Source: Lytechinus pictus (Eukaryota). From it: a stretch of 64,000 nucleotides of DNA. The translations under genes and the position numbers were made by a program. Below, piece after piece: positions 1 to 12,400 of the stretch (the first letter of the stretch is position 1; every line of letters starts with the position of its first letter). The stretch is taken from positions 15,564,001-15,628,000 of the forward strand of contig NC_087251.1 in NCBI RefSeq assembly GCF_037042905.1. The letters run 5' to 3'. The notes below the pieces were generated by a model. The model was given only the letters and a program-made list of their open reading frames with translations, was not told the DNA's origin and did not search any database.

Positions 1-160
1 CGTTGGCAGCCTGCTGCTCAAGGCATTGATGAGTTTTGGTTGTAGGAAACCACCAAGGTTTATCTGTTGGAGGTGTTTCTTTGAGCAGTGCTTCATGTCT
101 TTGATCTGCAGAAGGTGGATGCTGCATCTGATTTGTAAGTCCTCTGCTCTGAATGGTACT
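1..160 (-). repeat. Diverged tandem copy (offset 209 nt) of the terminal exon's 3' part
   Basis: Positions 5-129 align without gaps to 214-338. Confidence 0.85.
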
Positions 161-164
161 GGAG

Positions 165-428
165 TCAAACATCACCAATCTGAACAACGTTCCTCAGATC
201 TGCTATGCACATCGGCAGTCTGCTGCTCAGAGCATTGATAAGCTTTGGTTGAAGATCACCATGAAGGTTGACCTGAGAGAGGTGGGTGACACGGCAGTGC
301 TCCATGTCTCCAGTTTGCAGAGGTTGGATGCTGCATCCTGCCAGGAGTACCTCTGCCCGGATGGTCTTTTTCTTGGGAGGGATCCTCGGGTGCTTAATGG
401 ATGTGGCAACCACCAGGAAACGATCATC
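165..428 (-). CDS. STARD9: Terminal coding exon: START C-terminus ([14 protein letters not shown]...QIGDV*)
   Basis: acag acceptor at 429, phase 0, TGA at 165-167. Confidence 0.9.
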   Translation of the reverse strand, partial: DDRFLVVATSIKHPRIPPKKKTIRAEVLLAGCSIQPLQTGDMEHCRVTHLSQVNLHGDLQPKLINALSSRLPMCIADLRNVVQIGDV

Positions 429-3400
429 CTGTCAAGGCAAGTAAAGACGCATCAATAATCAGACTTGAATAAAAATTTTCAAACAAAAATCTTTATTTCT
501 CTTACCCTTGCATTCAGTGGAAATCAATACTAAATCAAATGTTACAGAACAAATTCATGTCACCCACTATAACACATAAAATCAAAAGCTTGTAAATCAT
601 GATGCTAATCCCAAGTAACATGGAACAGAGCCCTATTTCAATTGGACAACAAAAACAATTAAAATTTTACAATGATTAGAATTCTGTTTGATTATATCTA
701 AATTGCATAATTTTAAATGATAAACATACCATTTCTAATGTCTTGATGACACACAGACAGTCTCTTGGATGTTGAAGTAGACATTGATCAGTCTTGAATA
801 CCATGTATACAACCTGAAGATCACTCCCAAAATCTTTCTTTATTTTGACTTCCTAAAGAACATAAGACAGAAGAAATATAATACACAAAGTCAGTTTGGA
901 AAATGAGTAACATACCCAGGTGGTACTCGCTAAATCTCAGACTACTTCAATAGGCAAAATGATACTGTATCTAAGTTAAGGTTTGCAAGGCTCGTTGTTG
1001 TTCATGAAGAGTAACTGCCATTTTATTTTGATAACTACATTTACCATCAATAGCAACACCTATGTCGACTAAACAGCAACCTAAAATTTATGAAATATAT
1101 TAGCAAGTTAACAATCATTGTAATGTCCATGGGAGCCTATGAATGCAAGTCAGGCTGAAATAAGATGTACTGAGGTATTTGTTCATAATTCATTGACTGT
1201 CCAATGCACCAGTAATGGCCAGGTGGTAGAGTCGCTGACCGGCAATTAATAGATGACAGCTAGTTCAAAGCCTGCTGGCTCTAAGATTTTTACCCAACTT
1301 ATTTTTAAGAGAGGACGAGCAATCCAGAAAAGTCATTACTTTATTCAAACTTCCCCAGTAAGCCTTTAACATTCAATATTACATAATCTAAACCATAAAA
1401 ACACAGTACCATCTCCCATTGTCCTTTAGTTACCTTGAGCATAGGGTCATAGAGCTGTCTGCACATTGGGTTCTTGATGTAGTTGAAGACTGTTCTTGCA
1501 GGGGCTTTAATGTTACCAATACCTATATAACTGTTGATGGGACTATTGGGTGAGTGAGTCTTGCAAAGTAGTAGAACATCTCGTTCTCTTCCTTCATGCC
1601 TAGGGTAGAAGGTCAATCAAATGATGTATTAGATACAAAGTGTAATATTGAAAGATAAAAATTAAAATTAACTGTATCCCCATGAGTCATGATAAATAAT
1701 CTGATTTTTAAAAATTGGTATCAAGATAAATGTATCATAATGAATGAAACACTTTTCTTTTTGTATTTGGTACAAATTTGGAAAGAACAGTCATCAAATC
1801 ACGAATGCTGCTACAACTAATATCAGGTAACAAAGAGTGAATGCTCATTTAATACTAATCATCATTACTATCACCATCATCATCATCATCATCATCCTCA
1901 TCCTCATCATCCTCATCATCATCACTATCATAATCATGCTCATCACCATCATCATCAACATCATCATCACCATTATCTTCACCATCACCATCCTCATCAT
2001 CAAAATCATCACTACATCAACATCATCAAATTTATTAATACCATGATTTCAAGAACAAGTTTTATATTTTCACCTCCAACCTCTTTCTTCCTCTGGCTGT
2101 TGGGACTTGCTTGGGTCAAAACTTTCGGAGGGAGCCATCTAGGTTAAAACAGTACAAAAAAAGTAAAGGGTGTTGCAATGAACTGGTGATATTTCAATCT
2201 GAGGTAAACCCTATACTATTCCCAAATGGTTTGACTTTATTGCAATTAATGAACAGATAATCAAACTCTTGAGAAATATAACAAGTGGTGAAACAGCATT
2301 TACTGTACTGGGATGATTTATCATCTTCAAGGAGACAGTCTACATTGGTAAATATCTTTAGTAGGGCAGAAACCCATCATTTTAGCACTTTGTAGTTCTA
2401 AGAGTTTCTTTTTGGTATTAATTGTATACACTTGAAGTGCTTTTGGACTAATTGGAAAAGGCACGTTATGCATGCAAGCAGTACAATCATTAATATGATT
2501 ACTAAGAAGTGATGTAATAAGTCTTAGATCTATCTTCCCAATCACCATTGGCTGACATTAATGAATCCTGGGATAATGCAATATTGATCATTCTACTGAA
2601 AGCTAACAATTAGATTAAAGGGTCAATGTCAAACTCAATGTAAAATTACTACTGATTTGGGCCCCATAACTCAAAGCTCTGTGATTAATTGCAGGCCTCA
2701 ATTTCACAACTGATTGTAGGCCTACATCATGGCCGATGCAATCAATCATAAAAATTATTATATAATCATTGCTCAGCTTTGGGTTACAGGGCCTTGGTCA
2801 ATTGGTAATGGAAGGATTTCATCTGCTATTCTGCAAACAGACATTCTACCTGATTTTTATTTCTAAAATGAAGCGCAATGATATTGCTAATGAAATATTG
2901 GCTTTTTCTGAGAACTACTGTATGTGATGTCACAAGTTTATGTAATCTAATGTGCCATTTCAAAAGTGCATAAATCATGAAACAAATTATGGAAATATAT
3001 TACATTTATAAGTACAACAATGTAAAATGGAAAATAATTAGATTAAGCAACAGTTGAGAAACAAGAACAGAGAAGCCCATATATTTTAATATTTATAATG
3101 TTTTGAGTAGACTGTGATAATATTATTTTGTTAAGCAAATGTCAAGAGTACAAAAAAGGGGGGAGGGGTAAAGAATATGTTAAGGTACATAAACTGACAT
3201 TTAAAAAAATTCTTAATCATGTACTTAAGATCTTGTTTAAAAATATAAACAAACTGAATATAACTGAAAGAGCTATACATTATAGGAGAAGGGTAAAAAT
3301 TAATTAAAAGAGATAAATGAGAAGGGACAAAGAGAGAAGAGAATATTTAGGAAGACACTACAAGGGATAAAATATTAAAATATACACTTGCAGAGCAAAG

Positions 3401-6400
3401 ATTGATTATGAAAATAAAGTAGAGGGGGAAAAGAAAAATGAAGCATGGCATTTAAAGAAGAAATATTCATACAAATGTACACACAAAGAGTATAAAATGA
3501 GTACAGATGAAAGGCAATAAATGTGGAAGTCAACTAAAATAGTTTGGGATAGTGTTGCACAGGTTCTCGAGTGAAGTTTGGCAAATTTGAACATCAAATC
3601 GAAAAAAAGAATTAAAAATTTAACAGAAAATAAATACAAATATACACATTGTACCAAATACTGAATACAAAGAGCAAAGAGAGTAATAAATAGATGTTGC
3701 AGTGATGTGAAAAAAAATAACGGTGAAAGCATTTCTATTTTAATAATAAGCAATGAAATAAGTTTTAATTTTAAAGTTACTAGATGTACGATTTGGGGGA
3801 AAAGCAGCGAGGGTGTGTTTTTGTTATGAACCACGTGCAAAAGCCCAAAATATTAGAGAATGTCAGCTAGAATAACATATTTTTGAACAAAAGCTCAGGT
3901 CTTGGTGGATTATTGCGCTCTCCACAGTATTTTTTACCTCAGACATAAGAGTATGTAATGCTGCCTCCGCTACAAGGTGACATTCAGGACGTGACCAGAC
4001 TACAGGGGAGAGTGGACAAGGACAGGGACAAGGTCGTGCACAAATGAAAAATGAGAAGATAGAATGAAACATCATGTGACAAATCTGTTATCGTAGATCG
4101 AAACAAAACAACAAAAATATTTTTGTATGCTTGCAAGCAGTTACTGTGTCCAGATATTGGATAAATTGTCAGAGCAAAATGAAGAGTATACATGTACAGT
4201 AGTGACTGAAATGTGATGTTGAATAATAGATTGATGCAGAAAGAAACAGAAAAATATAAAGATACATAATATCAACAACAAAATTATTCTATGGGGGATA
4301 TCATTCTAGTATCAAAAATCTGAAGGAAGGAGCTTTGACTGGAACTATTCAATAATGCATCACTTATGTCAGGAAATTGTGTTGGAGAAAAAAAGTGTAC
4401 TTTTGTTTTACCCTGCCTGGATACCTTCTTGTCATAACCATGACCATGCATTTGAACAACCAGATGCTACAGAAGAACTAATCAATATAGATCAATAGTC
4501 ACAATTGATTTCTCTCCCCTTCCCATCGTATGTTTGCATTAAATTTTTAATGCTTCGTTGCAGTTGTACTCTTTTAATATGTTACCAGTTGTACAATGAG
4601 CAATGCTACAATAGCAGTGGATGATTGCAATACTGTAGGCTGTACACATTGCATAATAAAGAAAGTCACAAATCAGCTAGGAAATTCAATAAGTATGTGT
4701 GTCCAATTCCCTACATTGGCGACCTTTCTAAAATGATTTTCCTCCGTTTTTATATAGATTGCTGTAATGCTCCCAATGCATGACGGCTTATGCAATTCCT
4801 TACTTAAAGCAAGAATGAAGAAAAATGGGGGTTGGAAGTACAAAAAGGTTGGTATTTTCATGGAAATAATTGCCCTACTTGATTCTGAATACCGGTAGTA
4901 TACTTGGTAGTATCCCCCTGTCAAAGAAAACTGAATTAAAATAAGGAATATGAATTCAAAATCATGATTCAGCCTGGGCAAGCGATGACCTATTACATTT
5001 CATAAGTCCATGGCAAACTTTTACCCAATCATTTGGATCAGTAATATATGAAATAGCACATGATTAGGTCTTTCAAACCTAATACCATCAAGGTTCTATG
5101 GTACTTGCAGTTCAATCAGCATGAAAGCCAAGATCAGAACCATTTTATGTTGGAGGGGGGAGGTGTCAGATTTTGGGGTGTCAATTGCCTTTAATTCAGT
5201 AGTTCTATAGAATTCTCTTCCCACTAAAAAAATCAGTGAAAGTGATGCTTTCATTGCAAAATGAAGATTAAGGGTGACATCGTTGTTTCAAATAATTTAG
5301 TATTATTTTTAAGCATTGAATAAAATATGCTGGTTTAATAAAAATCAATCAAGATGGTGTTGAATTTTTGAACCCCTATTTTGTTACTAGATTTATATGA
5401 ATCGAGAACTGAATAAGAATAAAAATTCTTATTTGTTGGATGATCCTATGAGTCATAATGTAGTAATGCATCTTTGAGGTCAGTGATTTCATGCTGAGTA
5501 AATATGTGTCGGCGCATGAACAAATTTCAATGATGAATTGATGGTAAGCTTCCATAAAATAACAATTTCTTTCAAACTTTGATTTCATTAGATATATTTT
5601 GGACTGATATTAAGAACAAGTGGAACGCCTCTGGCAGTTTCGCCTGCATTACGCAATGCGATATAGCAGCAGTGCTTCCTTTGAAAATAGCTAATGAATA
5701 TCATTCACAGAAGAAAACACTAATATGATAATAAAATATTATGCCCATTGACCCAAAATGACCTTTGACCATGATCATGTGACCTAAGACATGTGCAAAA
5801 CAATCATTCATACTTGATTATCCTTATGTCGATGTTTCATGAGCTAGATCCATAAACTTCCTTAGTTATGCCAATTCAACACATACTCCCAACGATGCCA
5901 GAGTTCATTGACCTTTAAATGACCTTCGATCTTGGCCATGTTCCTGAAATGCATACAGGAAATTCAGGGATACACTGCTGCTCTTATGTCCACGTTTCAT
6001 GAACTAGATCCGTAGACTTTTAAAGTTATGATGACAATTCCACAAATACCCCCAGCATTACCAAAGTTTGTTGAACCTAAATTACCTTTGACCTTGGTCA
6101 TGTGACCTGAAACTCACACAGGATGTTCAAGGATACTTGATTGCTCTTATGTCCACGTTTCATGAACTAGATCCATAAAATTTCAGAGTTATGATGACAA
6201 TTCCTCAAATAACCCCAACACTGCCAAAGTTTGTTGATCCTAGGTGACCTTTGACCTTGGTCATGTGACCTGAAACTCACACACGATATTTAGGGATACA
6301 TGGTTGCTCTTATGTCCAAGTTTCATGAACTAGATCCATAAACTTTTAAAGTTATGATGACAATTCCTCAAATAACCCTAACATGGCCAAAGTTCGTTGA

Positions 6401-9400
6401 CCGTAAGTGACCTTTGACCTTAATCATGTCACCTGAAACTCAGGCAGGATCTTCAGTGATACACTATTACCCTTATGTCTACGTTTTATTTACTAGGTCC
6501 ATATACTTTCGAAGTTATGACAACATTTCAAAAACTTAACCTTGGTTAAGATTTCAATGTTGAAGACGCCGCCGTCAGAAAAGTGGCGCCTATACATGTA
6601 GTCTCGCTCTGCTATGCAGGCGAGACAAAAATCATTGGACATATTAAGAATGAATAGTAATTTCATGAAATGGAATCACTTTTAACACTCCAAAAGTTAG
6701 TAACATAATCCTTTTGCAATGTGGCAGCAATGAATATATCACAAACTTGCATTTTTAACACTGCATTTCATTTTTTTCTTATACATAGGAAATACCCCCT
6801 TTCCCCAAATCAAGGGATAATGGTGTTGTTTACATTTAAAGCACAATATTGAATCGTGTGGTGAGTGAAGTAACACATTTACACGTAACGTTGCAATACT
6901 AACTATATATGTATGGTATCTTGACTGCTATGGCATGTAAAAATTTGACATGATTAATATTGAAAACTGTAGATAATTTACTTTAAAAGCCGGTAGAGAA
7001 TATGAGACATTTAAATCTTTGGTGAATGTTATTCCTATAGTAAATACAACATGTCCAAACTGAAACATAAGGATGATTGGTATCATCAATAAAGACAGAT
7101 TTCTTTCATATCCTCTACACTCTTCTTCATTATTATCTTGAGAAACACTGTCTTTGTGAAGATATATTTATGACAATCAGTGGTAGTATTGCATGAATGT
7201 GTATGGATGGTGAGTGCTGTTGAAGCATATGGATGTGAATTACATTGTGTATAATATACTTTCTGTTGTCACTCTTGCAAAAAATGCCCCTAATAGACGC
7301 CCAAGTGGTAGAGTCCTGACGCTGTTAAGATTGAAAAGAGTATGTCATCAAGACACAGTTTAAAGGTCACATCAAACAAGAACTTATAAAACAAAAACAA
7401 TTCAGCACAAACAGATAAAATTACCCTTGTCTCTATTTCTGCTTTCTGTAGATATGACACATGTCCAATGGAAGTTTTCAAGAGAAAGGCAGAGAAATTG
7501 TTTTGAGATAATACAGTACATTCTACATTCCATTTCACAAACAGATTAGGTCTACGACCTGACTTCTACATTCAATTAGCTAATCCTCTGGCTAGCAATC
7601 ATACATATTTTGACTCATTAGATATTTCAATGTAAAATGTAAATTTCAAAGACAGATTATTCAAAGGAATGCTTATCATCATTAAAATATAAAATGGGAC
7701 CTTATAATGATTAATGAGAACACTAAATATTCTATTCCATTTCTCTTTTTTCATATTTTTACTCTCATCCCAGAATTGCAACTTATTGTTCGATTCGAAC
7801 CAATATATCTCATATTGGCGAACCCAAATATAATAAATATTTTCTAAAGCAAATATATGAAGCTAATTACCTAGTTTGGATTCCCGGACTGTTGGAAGCT
7901 CTTGAAAGGGTTTTGCTCCATGAAGTCGCCTGTTCCTTAAACTTGATTTGACAGGAGATATCTTCACCTGGCTGCCAGGAGAACCCCTATAACTTCTTAT
8001 GGAACCACCCTCCTGAGTGTAGGTCATACCTCTGTGTTGTGGGGTAGATAGGTAAACTCCACTTGGCTGTGGGGTAGGTCTCCTGTTGGGAGGGGCAGAC
8101 AGACTGCCAGATGATCCTGTGCTCTTGAGTGGTGTGTACTTCTGCAGCTGGACACCTCCACTTTGATGATGTAGGGGTGTAGTGTCTCTCTTTGAGTCTT
8201 CACCCTGGAGGGATTTTGCCGGAGGGTAGGTCTTGGTCAAGGCATCATGTGATCTTGGTGGGTCTTTATAGAGGCTATAACCAAACTGTGATGATGGACG
8301 GTTTTGACTATCACTCCTGCTCAGGGGTCCAGTTCTTGAAGGCAGATCATACAGCTCATAGTAATGTGGCTTGCTTGGTGATTCCTCTAAGAGGTCATCA
8401 TTGGATTCATCCCCGTCCTTGCATGGACTGGTTCCAGCAGTGGGTGTTGATGTGGACGGAAGGATGACAGCTGCAGCAGCACGCATGGAAGCGATTTCCT
8501 TGTCGATGAGGTCCTGTAATAAAATAAAGTCAATCAAATTGATAAAATGAAACTAAAAAATGAATTATATAGAGCTTCATTTTGATGAAGAAATAAGAAA
8601 TGAAGATACAAGATATACCAAAACATTGACCCTTTACTTTTTATTTCTTTGTTATTCTACATTGTTTACATTTAGTTTACATGGTGACATGCAGTAAATG
8701 TATGTCTACAAGTTTAATTAGCATTACAGAAGCAGTATGTACATTATTACTTTTAAATAAAGTGTCAATAGTCATCGGGATATTGTCAATGATTCATTAA
8801 TCTAATTCGTAATTAAGACTTGGCTTAAAAATAAATACATATCTATAAACACAAAACAGATATTTTTAAGCACCATGTCCAACTCTGGAACCTCAATCCC
8901 ACTATTCAGTGTAACTACATCACATTCAAATATCTCATTAAAAGCAATTCTTCAAAAAACATTTTGAGAAATAATCTTGATTTGTAAATACAGACATATA
9001 ACTCAATGTAATATTCCATTATGGTACTTCATTAGAATATTATAAAATATCAAACTTTTTTTTAAACTTTGTAATGCCCAGTTGAGTTAAGACTTTTTGG
9101 GGAAAGAGTGCAATATATATTAACAATTCCTTATTACAAGAATTAATCAAAAGAACAACTTGCCTCATCTGATCGTTGAGTTCTCTGTTTCACAGGGCAC
9201 TCTTCATCTTTTTCTCCAGATGATGGAGGATAGTTTCTGGAATCATCATTGCTGCCTGGCATACCATCAGCAAACACAGTGTCTTCACCATTTGAGTACC
9301 TTCTTCTGGCTGGTTGGAGCTCCTTCTCTGCCTTAGCGATCTCTGACTGGGACATCTTCCTCGCCTCTCGAAGCTCTTTCAGGAAAAGCTCCATGTCATT

Positions 9401-12400
9401 CTTCTCCGGACTGAATGTTGAGGAGTTCCTGTGGTTTTCTGATGGAGTTTCAGATGGGTACAGAGAGTACAGCTGGGGACCTGGACATGGTGAGGATGGC
9501 GTAGGGCTCAATGGGTTTGCTGTTGCTTTGACTACATTTTCTCTGACACGCTTTAAAAATTTCAAGTGTTCACTCGGTCTGAAATGACCCCTAGGAGATG
9601 GAGACTTTTCACTTGGAGAAGTATCAAGGATCGGTTTCACAACCCTTTGAAGAGGAGGAGGGGTCACTGCGGAGGGGGAACTTCTCAAGGACTGCACACC
9701 TGAAGGGGATTTCCTCAGAGAAGGACTGGGACTTTTTCTTACTTGATACCCAGGGGATTTATTACTAGTGTTATTTGGAATGTGAGTTATTACTTTTTTA
9801 TCTAAAGATGGCCTTCGTTGTTCTGCTTCTCCGTGTTGCGGTTTCGTTTTGTTTTTGCGATTTGTCCAGTATTCCAAGGGAAGGTCATCATCAAGGAACT
9901 TAAGTAATGCATCAGTCTCTCCTATACCATGCATCACCTGTGCTTCAAGTAGTTCAATGGAAATGTCTTTTCTGTCCATGCTTTGGCCATAGAGTCCATA
10001 TACAAAGCCATCAACTTCTGAACTACTAGCAGAATCTCCACTACTGTACCCATTCAGAAATCCATTACTACGAGGTTGTGCACTCTTGTTGTCATCATCT
10101 GAATCTTCGCGACTCTGTACTTGTTGAAGATTCCTTGAACAGGGATGATCAACAGGATTGAGGCTGCTTGACTTTCTTCCTTGAAGGAGTTTCTCATACT
10201 CTGATTGTAACTGCTGCATGTCTCTTTCTTCATCAGTGGATGAAGCATTAATCAGTGAGTCCAAAGAACCTAAGGGAGTCTTCACTTGGTGAAGGTGGGG
10301 TATCTCACTTACAAGACTGTAAATACCACTGCTTTCTCCAAGACTTGATCCTGTCCTCTCGAGGTTTGCATGCCTGATACCTGTGGGAGGAAGGGCCACC
10401 CCTGGATCCTGTCTGCTGCTTGTTGATATCTGATTATTATATCCTGCAACAGGTCTAGATCTTGCCGATGGGCCTGTTACAGAGCTTGACAGACCACTCC
10501 CTTTCTGTTCCTTGTCCAATTTGAATTTTACTGGATACGCTTCCACTTCTGTATCCTGAGGATGGATTTTTCCTTCTGGTTTTTGCATTAGTGCTTCATT
10601 TGGTTGTTTTTCAATCAAGTACGGATCCTCTGAGCTATGAAGTTTGAATCCTGGAAGAGGGATCTTGTCTTTCTCAGGGTGCTTGCTCAGAGGTAAATAC
10701 TTAACATCTGGTTCAATTTCAGATTCTGCCAAAAGCCATTCCAACTTTGATGGTGATATTGGTGGCATATGTATCCTTAAAGACTCTGCATCGGTCAGCT
10801 CTTCTTCCATCTCTCTTTGATCATCCTTTTCCTCTACTTGATTGTCTCCTACAAAACCATGACTGATGTCAACTGGCACAGAGCTGGTATTTGCATTACT
10901 GTCATCAGTATCTCCCTGTAGAGCTAATAACTCTGGTTCGGTACCATCTCCAAAGAGGTCTGAATCCAAGCTTTGCATGCTTGCATAAATACTAAGATTG
11001 TTCACCTCATCTTTCTTGTCTAGCCTACACCCATCTTTCAGGTCATTTGTACCAACAGGGAAGTCTAATTCAGAATCAAAGCTGACATCAGAGAACTTTG
11101 AAAGCGTGGCTCTTGGTGATTGCTTTAACTCAATTCCAGCAGACTGTGGTGGGTCACTCTTAAATATGTCTGTTGCTGTTTCCCCAATACGTATGTCATC
11201 TTCACTGTAGTCAGTGCTGCTGTTATTGTTTCTATTCAATGGCTCACCCCACCCAGATTGCAGTGGTAAGGAGTGCCAATCATTGCAAGAGCCGGTACCC
11301 ATAACATGACTCAAAGGCACTTGAGAAGATGTTGCTTGTCTATCCGTGATTGGTACCGGTTTTTCTGACAAAGTCTTGGTAGGAGGAGTTGGCTTCCTAT
11401 CGAATGGCAATCCAATTCTTGGAGAAGGGATCTGTTCAGATGCTGGAACCATTGGTGGTGACATACTACCATTCTGACCAGGGAGAGTGAAGAATTCATC
11501 ATCTACTGGAGAATGTGTCTGCAAATCATCTTTACTTGTATTAATATCATGTGCAGGAAGTGTTCCTTCATTGCGTTCAAAGTCAAATTCTCTTGTTCCG
11601 GTTTCAGATAGTGGCAATGGTGATAATGTCAAGACAGCTTTAGGTTGGTCTAGATGTTTCTCAGTGTCTTCAAGTTGTTGTATCTTTGGAGTGCCAAATC
11701 CACTACCCAATACATCAGGACTGTTAACCTGTGGTAAAGAAAGTTCATCTGCAGTATCAGTTGAAATCGGAGGATTCTCAGATGGTTCTTTTGATCCTTC
11801 ATCTGGGTTGAGAAGTGTTTGTTCATCTAACTGATTCCTCTTCCGAAGTTTTTCAGCAAGTCCTTTGACCCTGTCTACAGTTTGTTCAGAAAATCGCCTC
11901 TTGTGCATGAGCACAGCAAAGAGTTCCAGCTCCTCAGTATCCATGTTCTCTGAAAGTTCATCCAAGACCTCACTAGCTTTCCTCCAGGGGCCACAAGTAT
12001 CATCTTCAATAGATGATGGACTCGATGGACCACTTGGCAACAAGTCAGTCTGGCATTCCTGGTTGTTTGAAAAAGATGATAAATTGGCTTGGGTCTCCTG
12101 CTCATCTATACTAATAATATTTGGTGTGCTTGTCTTGACGTTCAGAGGAGAAAAATGCTCTGATTTGGGGAGATCTAGTTGAGCTATTGGACTTGTCCCA
12201 ACACTTCTGTTTTCCAATGATGAAAATTCTTCATGTGTTTGCTGATTAATTTCCATGCCATCTCCAGAAACAACAGAATGTGCAGCACTGGAATCAACTG
12301 TAGATCTTTGCATATCAGGTTGTGTGGAGGCTACTGTTTCTGTGGCTGAGGTTTTAAATGACTTTTCACAATTTTTAATGTCATCAATCTCTCTATAATG

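Noticed and set aside
1837..2046. Ile-rich 69-aa ORF
   Set aside because: Translation of an (ATC)n microsatellite
4412..4466. AG...GT-bounded candidate exon
   Set aside because: In the required phase 1 it hits TGA; the 3938-3999 exon already supplies the correct phase
5750..6540. Regular repeats resembling a CRISPR array (also 61850-62500 and 41180-41935)
   Set aside because: Whole units are homologous with no unique spacers, the context is eukaryotic and there are no cas genes
5599..6650. Long TSD ttggac(tg)atattaagaa around the Helentron-like element
   Set aside because: Imperfect, offset from the right terminus and absent at the second copy; more likely a pre-existing local repeat
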